From Bacteroidota bacterium (lineage in GTDB: Bacteria; Bacteroidota; Bacteroidia; Sphingobacteriales; Sphingobacteriaceae): 64,000 bases of DNA. Position numbers and translations under genes: made by a program. Shown here piece by piece: positions 56,658 to 64,000 of the stretch; the first letter of the stretch is position 1, and every line of letters starts with the position of its first letter. The notes below the pieces were generated by a model. It made no database searches and was not told the origin of the DNA. It worked only from the letters and a program-made list of their open reading frames with translations. The DNA lies in contig JAZKAO010000029.1 in assembly GCA_040389105.1 (NCBI GenBank), positions 390 to 64,389 of the forward strand. Direction: 5' to 3'.

Positions 56658-57461
56658 ATGATCACATTCCCAAACGCAAAAATCAATATTGGCTTAAATG
56701 TTACCGCGCGCCGCCCAGATGGTTACCACAATTTGGAAACGGTGTTTTATCCGGTTAAAATTTATGATGCGTTGGAAATTATCCAGGCCGGTGAAATAGG
56801 TTTCAACGCGTCGGGACTGGGTATTCCGGGCAGGGTAGCGGATAACCTTTGCCTGAAGGGATACGATCTGCTGAAAAAAGATTTCGACCTGCCGCCTGTA
56901 AGTATCCACCTGCATAAGCACATCCCGATAGGGGCTGGACTGGGAGGCGGATCGGCCGATGCTGCGTTTTTTATCAAACTGCTAAATCAAGAGTTTTCTT
57001 TAGGATTAGATGCCGAACAGATACGTGCCTATGTGCGTGTTTTGGGAGCCGATTGCGCGTTTTTTGTGGAAAGCAAACCGGTGTTTGCGTTTGGCAAGGG
57101 CGATGAGTTTGAACCGATCGTATTAGACTTATCGGCCTACCACATCGCATTAATAATGCCCCCGGCACATGTATCAACTGCCGAGGCTTACCGTGGCGTA
57201 AAACCAAAGCCTGCCGGGGCATCATTGAAAGAACTGATATCCCTGCCGGTGATGGAGTGGAAACATCAAATTAAAAACGATTTTGAAGAATCGATATTCA
57301 GGAACCACGCCGTAATAAGAGGGGCGAAGGCTGCCTTATATGAGGCCGGTGCCTTATACGCCAGCATGAGTGGGAGCGGGGCTTCCGTATTCGGCATATT
57401 CAAAGATCAACCCGATTTATCGGGACTGGAAAAGGATAACCAGGTTTTCTATAATGTTTAA
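56658..57461 (+). CDS. ispE: 4-diphosphocytidyl-2-C-methyl-D-erythritol kinase
   Basis: MITFPNAKINIGL, GYHNLET, IPIGAGLGGGSADAA, SMSGSGA. Confidence 0.95.
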   Translation: MITFPNAKINIGLNVTARRPDGYHNLETVFYPVKIYDALEIIQAGEIGFNASGLGIPGRVADNLCLKGYDLLKKDFDLPPVSIHLHKHIPIGAGLGGGSADAAFFIKLLNQEFSLGLDAEQIRAYVRVLGADCAFFVESKPVFAFGKGDEFEPIVLDLSAYHIALIMPPAHVSTAEAYRGVKPKPAGASLKELISLPVMEWKHQIKNDFEESIFRNHAVIRGAKAALYEAGALYASMSGSGASVFGIFKDQPDLSGLEKDNQVFYNV

Positions 57462-57503
57462 ATCAGTGATGGGTAATTCATTCAATAATTCCATCATTAG
57501 CTT

Positions 57504-57815
57504 TTAATCTTCACTAATATAATCCCTGTCTTCGTCGCTTAGTGTATTTTGTTTGTTTTTGTTAAGGCCCTCGTGAGTGTTGCCATCATGCTCGTCATAA
57601 CCATGCCCGTAATCGTTTCCCAATTTTTTTGTTTTGGGCCGGCCAACCAGGTAGCCGATAACAAAAGCGGCGATAGCCACCCAAAGCATCATCATTAATT
57701 TAGAAGTTCGGGTGGTGAAAAATAAAACTTTCAAATAAACCGGATCGCTGTTTTGCATGATCACGATAGTGAGCAAAATGGTGATAACAATAATGAAGAT
57801 GGTTTTAATTCTCAT
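57504..57815 (-). CDS. Small two-TM protein, LapA-like
   Basis: TM-QNS-TM topology, charged tail ending LSDEDRDYI. Confidence 0.7.
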   Translation of the reverse strand: MRIKTIFIIVITILLTIVIMQNSDPVYLKVLFFTTRTSKLMMMLWVAIAAFVIGYLVGRPKTKKLGNDYGHGYDEHDGNTHEGLNKNKQNTLSDEDRDYISED

Positions 57816-58587
57816 GGCCTTGTTTTTTGTTTAAGCTGGTATCTAATATCAGGTTTTAAAATGTTTATTAAAAACAAATTTAGGGGCGGGGTGATGTGCG
57901 TAACTCTTTCGGTACCCCGTTGTGCGGGACACGGTCTGCTCCTTATCTAATGCCATATCATCATCCCGATAAATTTGTGCTATAAGAACTTCGTTTTTTT
58001 AGGATTTTTAAAACAAGAAAATTAGTTGCCAGGGAACCGGTCGGCTTTCTTTTTCATCCGCAATGCCACCATTTTAATACACTATTGATTTGTTTTGAAC
58101 GCTTAAATTGAGATGTGCTTTTAAAGTTTAATTTAGTTGAGTTAAATTATTGATTTATAAATATATAAACTAATATATTATAGTGAAAAACGGCTATTGC
58201 TAAAATTGTTAGATTTTTAATTTTTTGATATGCTGTATTATATAATTAACTGCTTTAATATACTGTTGTAATTATTTGATTTTTAATTAATTAAAATTTA
58301 GTAAATTAACTGTAAAGGTAATTATATACAAGTATAACCCGCTGGTGTTAGTTATATATAATTAACTAATAATGAGTATTTTAATATAATTGGATTTGTT
58401 TTGGTGTAATTTGATGATTTTAGATTATTATTTACCCTTTTTTGAACACTAACAGTATGCTGTAAAGTGATGCCCATAGTTAATAAACCCTTTGAGTTGT
58501 TGCCCTCAAATTTTCAGAAATGTATACGGATGGTGTTGTTTAAATTGGTATTTCAGGGGGCTGGTTACTCCCCTACCCGCACGTAAA

Positions 58588-59490
58588 TTAGCGCGACTTG
58601 TACCTGGCAATGCGGGTTTGCGCTACCGGGAACAGAAAGATGGTGGATAGAACAATGATAGCGCCTATCCAAAATCCAAGCCCCATTTTCTCGTTGTTGC
58701 CAAAAAAAAGGAACGATAGCAGGATGCCATAAACGGGTTCGAGGTTGGTGATGAGGGCTACCTTAAATGCCGATATTTCTTTCATTACAGATACCCCGGC
58801 CACGTAGGCCAGCGCTGTGCATACGGTACCTAAAATTACCAGGTAGGCCATATCGCTGCGTTGTAAAATAAGGCTTTTATTAAAGCCGCCGGTGGCAAAA
58901 AGGAAAATACTGATCCAGCAAAAGGCGCCCACCAACTCGTAAAAAGCAATGACAGGGGCAGCCATTTTTTTTACCTGTATGGAATTTATAATGGCAAAAA
59001 GGCTGGCAAATACAGCGCTTAACAAAGCGGTAATAATACCCTTAGTGTATCTGCTCTCAAATTTAAATATGATGAGTATGCCAATAATGATCAATATACC
59101 GGCTAAAATTTCCAGTTTTGATACCTTTCTTTTTTTAAATAAAGGCTCAAAAATGGCGGTAAATAACGTGATGGATGACAGACAAACCAGCGTTACCGGC
59201 ACGGTTGATAGCTTAATAGCCAGGAAAAAAAGCACCCAATGCCCGCCTACTAAAGCGCCTGTTAAAACCAGTTTAACAAGTGTTTGGCGGCTAACCTTAA
59301 TATCAATACGCTTAAATTTAAAGTAAATAAACAGGCTTACAAAGGCAATCAGCACCCGGTACCAAACCAACGATACGGCCGAAATGGAGATCAGTTTGCC
59401 CAAAATACTGGTGAACCCCCATATAAAAACCGTGAAGTGAAGGATAACCAGGTTCTTATTTAAGGCCGTTCGTTTTTGTAACTGGGGCAT
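58588..59490 (-). CDS. DMT/EamA family transporter
   Basis: Ten TM, LHFTVFIWGFT, FTAIFEP, NLEPVYGI. Confidence 0.92.
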   Translation of the reverse strand: MPQLQKRTALNKNLVILHFTVFIWGFTSILGKLISISAVSLVWYRVLIAFVSLFIYFKFKRIDIKVSRQTLVKLVLTGALVGGHWVLFFLAIKLSTVPVTLVCLSSITLFTAIFEPLFKKRKVSKLEILAGILIIIGILIIFKFESRYTKGIITALLSAVFASLFAIINSIQVKKMAAPVIAFYELVGAFCWISIFLFATGGFNKSLILQRSDMAYLVILGTVCTALAYVAGVSVMKEISAFKVALITNLEPVYGILLSFLFFGNNEKMGLGFWIGAIIVLSTIFLFPVAQTRIARYKSR

Positions 59491-60587
59491 TATTTAGGGG
59501 CTTTTAAAAGTAAATAATAGCCCAATATACCAAACAAAACGTTAGGTGTACATACTGTAATAATAGGCGGCATGCCGCCTTTAATAGAGAATACGATGGC
59601 AAATTTATCGACCACAATATACGTAAAGCATAAAAATATGCCTATCCCTAAAGGTAATCCTATACCACCGCGCACCTTGCGCGACGCGATAGATACGCCT
59701 ATCAGTGTAAGTACATAAGTAGCAAAAGGGTATACAAAACGCCTGTATTCTTCGTACTGCATATCTATCAAAACACCGGTTCCCCGCATTTCTTCTTTAA
59801 TAATATCTTTATGCAATTCGGCGGTGGATATGGCCATGTAAACATTATCGCGCACCACAAAATCCCGTGGGCGCATCTCTAAGGCGGTGTCTTTAGTGGC
59901 AAGCGTTACCAGCTTTTCGCTCATCCCGTTTACATATCTCACCTGTGGATTAATGATTGACCATACGTTTTTTACCGAGTCGTATTTGATATTATTTGCG
60001 GTCAGTTTTTCCCGCATTTTGTCTCCATCAAATTTCTCCAACATAAAGTTATAACCCATGTGCGTTACCTCATCGTACGATTGCAGGTACACAAACGTAT
60101 GCTTATCCAATTGGATATGCGTTTCGCTGCGGGTAGGGTCAACATCGTTAAAATAAGTGTTTTCGAAGGTATTTTTTAAGCGGTTGGTATAGGGTATCAA
60201 AAAAACGTTTGCCAAAAACGAGAAGAAAAAAACAATGGTCGACGATATAAAATAAGGGCGTAAATAACGATTAAAACTAACCTTGCCGCTTAAAATAGGC
60301 ACCACTTCGGTTTGGTTAGCCATTTTGGCTGTAAAGAAAATAACCGCCAAAAAGTTAATCAGCGGCGATAACATATTCAGGTAAAACGGCACAAAGCCTG
60401 CATAGTATTGAAAAATGATATCGTGTATGGGGGCTTTTCCTTTTAAAAAGTTATCCAGCCGTTCAGATATATCAAATACCACGGTAATCACCACAAATAT
60501 GCCCAGGGTAAACGTAAACGTGCCCAGGTATTTGCCAATAATATAGCGGTCGATAACCTTAACGTGTCTCTTTAAAAAGGATGCCAT
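59490..60587 (-). CDS. LptF/LptG family permease
   Basis: IDRYI...Y, MA..TE...I, RYLRPY, beta-jellyroll, C-terminal three TM. Confidence 0.92.
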   Translation of the reverse strand: MASFLKRHVKVIDRYIIGKYLGTFTFTLGIFVVITVVFDISERLDNFLKGKAPIHDIIFQYYAGFVPFYLNMLSPLINFLAVIFFTAKMANQTEVVPILSGKVSFNRYLRPYFISSTIVFFFSFLANVFLIPYTNRLKNTFENTYFNDVDPTRSETHIQLDKHTFVYLQSYDEVTHMGYNFMLEKFDGDKMREKLTANNIKYDSVKNVWSIINPQVRYVNGMSEKLVTLATKDTALEMRPRDFVVRDNVYMAISTAELHKDIIKEEMRGTGVLIDMQYEEYRRFVYPFATYVLTLIGVSIASRKVRGGIGLPLGIGIFLCFTYIVVDKFAIVFSIKGGMPPIITVCTPNVLFGILGYYLLLKAPK

Positions 60588-61717
60588 TATAACTTTTGCC
60601 CTAAGCGGTTAACCATTATTTTTTTCCATTCATAAAACTCACCGCTAATGATCTTTTCGCGGGCTTGCGTAACCAGCCACAGGTAAAAGTGCAGGTTATG
60701 CAGGCTGGCAATTTGCGCGCCCAGTATCTCGCCCGATGCTACCAAATGCCTTAAATAAGCCTTGGTATGCTGCGTATCTACCCACAGGTCGCTATCGGCT
60801 TCAATAGCCGAAAAATCATTCTTCCACTTCTCGTTGCGGATGTTAATAATACCATCCTTTGTAAAAAGCATGCCGTTGCGGGCATTACGGGTAGGCATTA
60901 CACAATCAAACATATCAATACCAAGGGCAATGTTTTCCAGTATGTTTACCGGTGTGCCAACGCCCATTAAATAACGTGGTTTTTGCTCTGGTAATATGTC
61001 GCACACAATTTCTGTCATGGCATACATTTCTTCGGCTGGTTCGCCAACCGAAAGGCCGCCAATAGCATTGCCCTCACGCTCAAACGAAGCGATCACCTCG
61101 GCCGACCGTACCCGCAGATCCTTATAAACCGATCCCTGCACAATAGGGAATAGTGTTTGGCTGTAACCATACTTGGGTTCGGTACTATCAAAACGGTCGC
61201 AGCAGCGTTTTAGCCAGCGGTGCGTCATCTCTATCGACCGGCGCGCATAGTTATATTCGCAAGGGTAGGGCGTACACTCATCAAAGGCCATAATAATATC
61301 GGCACCGATGATGCGCTGCGTATCCATCACATTTTCGGGCGTAAACAAGTGTTTAGAGCCATCAATATGCGAGCGAAAGGTAACACCTTCCTCCTTAATC
61401 TTGCGCACATCCGTCAGCGAATACACCTGGTAGCCGCCGCTATCGGTTAAAAGGGGTTTATCCCAGCCATTAAACTTGTGCAGGCCACCGGCTTGCGCAA
61501 TGGTATTTAAACCCGGCCTTAAATATAAATGGTAGGTATTTCCCAGGATGATCTGCGCCTCTATATCCTGCATCAGCTCGCGCTGATGAACAGCCTTAAC
61601 GGTACCGGCGGTACCAACAGGCATAAAAATAGGGGTTTGTATAGTGCCGTGATCTGTTGTGATCTCGCCCGCGCGCGCTTTAGAAAGCTTGTCTTGTGCT
61701 GTTAAAGTAAATTTCAT
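60587..61717 (-). CDS. tgt: tRNA-guanine transglycosylase (queuine)
   Basis: TPIFMPVGT, NTYHL, LTDSGGYQV, AFDEC, YLMGVG, DMFDCV.PTRNAR; TAATTTTG -7 box at 61728-61735. Confidence 0.98.
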   Translation of the reverse strand: MKFTLTAQDKLSKARAGEITTDHGTIQTPIFMPVGTAGTVKAVHQRELMQDIEAQIILGNTYHLYLRPGLNTIAQAGGLHKFNGWDKPLLTDSGGYQVYSLTDVRKIKEEGVTFRSHIDGSKHLFTPENVMDTQRIIGADIIMAFDECTPYPCEYNYARRSIEMTHRWLKRCCDRFDSTEPKYGYSQTLFPIVQGSVYKDLRVRSAEVIASFEREGNAIGGLSVGEPAEEMYAMTEIVCDILPEQKPRYLMGVGTPVNILENIALGIDMFDCVMPTRNARNGMLFTKDGIINIRNEKWKNDFSAIEADSDLWVDTQHTKAYLRHLVASGEILGAQIASLHNLHFYLWLVTQAREKIISGEFYEWKKIMVNRLGQKL

Positions 61718-61759
61718 TATCGGACGGCAAAATTAGCAAATAAAGTGGGAATAGTAGGG

Positions 61760-61796
61760 AAAGTCCGAAAGACCGGAAGTTGGAAAGTCCGAAAGA
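61760..61796. repeat. GTCCGGAAG-family tandem units upstream of tgt
   Basis: GAAAGTCCGAAAGACCGGAAGTTGGAAAGTCCGAAAG. Confidence 0.8.
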
Positions 61797-61848
61797 TTTG
61801 AAACAGGATCACTAATCAAAATAATGTATTTTAGCTACATTCAGTTTC

Positions 61849-62805
61849 ATGAAACTCAATCAAAAATATTTTTATAAAAAAATGATGTGGATTGCCTTAT
61901 TTGTATTTGTAGTGATGAACATTATTGCCGGGTTTCATGCTTATAAATTTACCCATTTTGATATTACTGCAAAGGAAAAAACGGCCGATGCTACGCGCCT
62001 TTCGCCGGTTGATAAGCTAAAAACATTGTTTTTTGGCGTAAGTAACCCCCGGCCCGTTAACCTATTAAAGCCCGATATCCCGTTTGAAACAATTATGCTG
62101 AAAGGTGATAAGGATATAGCATGTTGGTACATCAAACATCCCGATCCGAAGGGGACTGTTATATTATTCCACGGCTATAGCAGCGAAAAAAGTGCTGTAT
62201 TAGCCGAAGCCATGGTGTTTAATAAATTAGGATACAGTACCTTATTGGTCGATTTTATGGGATCGGGAGGGTCGGCCGGCATACAAACCACCATTGGTTT
62301 TTATGAGGCTGAGCAAGTTAAAACCGCTATAGACTACATCAGCCAAACGGGCGAGAAAAACCTTATCCTTTACGGCTCATCAATGGGGGCTGCCGCCATT
62401 ATGAAATGTATGCGGGATGATGCCCCCGATATTAAGGCTATTATTTTAGAATGCCCTTTTGGTACCATGCTTAAAACAGTGCAGGCGCGGTTTAAAAGTA
62501 TGCATGTCCCTACCTTCCCCATGGCCAATTTATTGGTGCTTTGGGGCGGGGTAGAAAATAGGTTTAACGCGTTTGCACATAACCCGCAAGTGTATGCCAA
62601 AAGCATAAAATGCCCGGTTTTATTAATGTACGGCGAAAAAGACGACAAGGTATCGCGCCGGGAAATTGACGATATATACGCTAATTTACCGGGGATAAAA
62701 CAGCTGAAACTATATCCACAAGCCGGGCACCAGGATTACTTAAAAATGTACCCTGACGCATGGACGCAGGATGTAACCATTTTTTTGGCCGATGTTGCTC
62801 AATAA
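61849..62805 (+). CDS. Alpha/beta hydrolase with N-terminal TM (start possibly 61882)
   Basis: ILFHGY, GSSMG nucleophile, GEKDD, AGH. Confidence 0.9.
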   Translation: MKLNQKYFYKKMMWIALFVFVVMNIIAGFHAYKFTHFDITAKEKTADATRLSPVDKLKTLFFGVSNPRPVNLLKPDIPFETIMLKGDKDIACWYIKHPDPKGTVILFHGYSSEKSAVLAEAMVFNKLGYSTLLVDFMGSGGSAGIQTTIGFYEAEQVKTAIDYISQTGEKNLILYGSSMGAAAIMKCMRDDAPDIKAIILECPFGTMLKTVQARFKSMHVPTFPMANLLVLWGGVENRFNAFAHNPQVYAKSIKCPVLLMYGEKDDKVSRREIDDIYANLPGIKQLKLYPQAGHQDYLKMYPDAWTQDVTIFLADVAQ

Positions 62806-62917
62806 AGCTTTAAATTAACCCTATAAACCCTCCTTTTTTATGTTAACAATATTTACAGTTATTTAGGGTTTTTTCCATTGATTTTTAACAATTTTACGCG
62901 CTTATTTAAAGTCCATT

Positions 62918-64000
62918 TTGGAAAATTATATATACGTTACTTTATTCGTCCTTTTTCAGCTTTGCTTTATTATCCAGTTATACTTTTTAATTGGTAAATA
63001 CAGCAGGCTGGCTGCTTATAAAATACCCTCGCCCGAAGCGGAAACAGATGCGCTTATACCAATTTCAGTTATCATCAGCGCACGTAACGAAGCTAAAAAC
63101 CTGAGCCAGTTTTTAGCTGCCATTTTAGCGCAGGATTACCCCGATTTTGAGGTGATACTGATTAACGATTGTTCGTCGGACGGGTCGGATATTCTTTTGT
63201 TGGATATGCAGGCCAGCTATCCCCGCTTAAAAGTGGTAACAATAACCGAACACGACCGTTTTAAAACCGGTAAAAAATTCGCTTTAACACTGGGCATAAA
63301 AGCCGCTGCAAACGAGCATCTTTTGTTTACCGATGCCGACTGTATCCCTGCATCCGACCAATGGATCAGGCTGATGGCTCGCAACTTTGATCAACAGACA
63401 GAGCTGGTGCTGGGTTATTCGCCTTATCAAAAGGCGCGCGGTTTTATGAACGTCTTTATCCGCTTCGAAACTTTAAAAACAGGGATCAATTATTTGTCGG
63501 CCGCCCTTGGTGGCGATGCTTATATGGGCATTGGCCGCAATATGGCTTATACCAAAACCTTGTTCTTTAAATCAAAGGGCTTTGCATCGCACATGCACAT
63601 CCTATCGGGCGATGACGATTTGTTTGTGAACCAAAACGCTACGGAAAGTAATGTTAAGATAGAGATAGACCGTAATGCTTTTACCTACAGCCAGGCTAAA
63701 ACCAATTATTCGGGCTGGTACAGGCAAAAAAAGCGGCACATGGGTGTTGGTAAGTTTTATAAAGACCGCCACCGCCGTATGCTGACTGTTGATGCGTTGA
63801 GCGGGTTTTTGTATTATGCGCTACTGATTACATCGTTGATTTGTAATTTTGAGCCCTTACTGGCATTGGGTTTGTTTGGTTTACGATTGGGGATACAACT
63901 GTTTTTTTACATCAGGATATTTAAAAAACTGAACGCTAAGGACTTGCTGTTTTACCTGCCATTTTTAGATCTGCTCTACTATTTTTATCTGAATATATTT
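62918..64000 (+). CDS. Glycosyltransferase family 2 (partial, runs off window end)
   Basis: Not in the ORF track. Manual translation from TTG 62918: TM, SVIISARNE, INDCSSD, GKKFAL, FTDADC, SGDDDL, RQKKRH. Confidence 0.9.
   Translation, partial: MENYIYVTLFVLFQLCFIIQLYFLIGKYSRLAAYKIPSPEAETDALIPISVIISARNEAKNLSQFLAAILAQDYPDFEVILINDCSSDGSDILLLDMQASYPRLKVVTITEHDRFKTGKKFALTLGIKAAANEHLLFTDADCIPASDQWIRLMARNFDQQTELVLGYSPYQKARGFMNVFIRFETLKTGINYLSAALGGDAYMGIGRNMAYTKTLFFKSKGFASHMHILSGDDDLFVNQNATESNVKIEIDRNAFTYSQAKTNYSGWYRQKKRHMGVGKFYKDRHRRMLTVDALSGFLYYALLITSLICNFEPLLALGLFGLRLGIQLFFYIRIFKKLNAKDLLFYLPFLDLLYYFYLNIF

Noticed and set aside
57881-57945. Resemblance to a c-di-GMP-I riboswitch (CGCACA...CGAAAG...ACGCA on the minus strand)
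   Set aside because: The conserved GGCAAACC and GCAAAGCC segments and the P2 stem around GAAA are missing.
58080-58450. Possible oriC
   Set aside because: Only a two-mismatch DnaA-box-like TTATATACA is visible, there is no box cluster, and no dnaA or gidA lies in the window.
927-62648. Many antisense or alternative-frame ORFs in the ORF track (e.g. 927-1322, 2246-2731, 3774-4250, 24574-25095, 26081-26608, 34093-34647, 52410-52871)
   Set aside because: They lie opposite well-supported genes and show no recognisable motifs; they are typical shadows of codon bias.

Overview
A 64 kb stretch of core chromosome from a Bacteroidetes (Sphingobacteriaceae, Mucilaginibacter-like) genome. The assignment is inferred from TAnnTTTG -7 promoter boxes, a fused secDF, the nusB-DUF1573-yajC-YbbR-coaE gene order and the general gene content. 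It holds about 60 CDSs, mostly housekeeping (ychF, mgtE, nusB, yajC, coaE, glmM, iscS, accD, fbaA, secDF, folA, thyA, ispE, tgt), and one tRNA-Arg(CCG). There is no transposase, integrase, CRISPR array or rRNA. The most interesting protein-level items are: (1) a HipA-like kinase + DUF3037 pair; (2) a stand-alone DAC-type (diadenylate cyclase-like) protein with a variant RHL motif; (3) a Leu/Phe/Val dehydrogenase homolog whose catalytic Lys is replaced by Ser; (4) a Doc toxin/antitoxin pair wedged between thyA and folA and translationally coupled to folA; (5) a VanW + degenerate glycosyltransferase fusion; (6) a YgiC-type ATP-grasp ligase with an SRGGFG-tailed lipoprotein partner; (7) an SPFH protein with four tandem beta-repeats, a vault-like architecture. 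The intergenic DNA is densely populated by REPIN/MITE-like hairpins and by at least six unrelated families of 7-9 nt tandem units arranged as inverted pairs. Family and DUF names are from recall of motifs, not from a database search.
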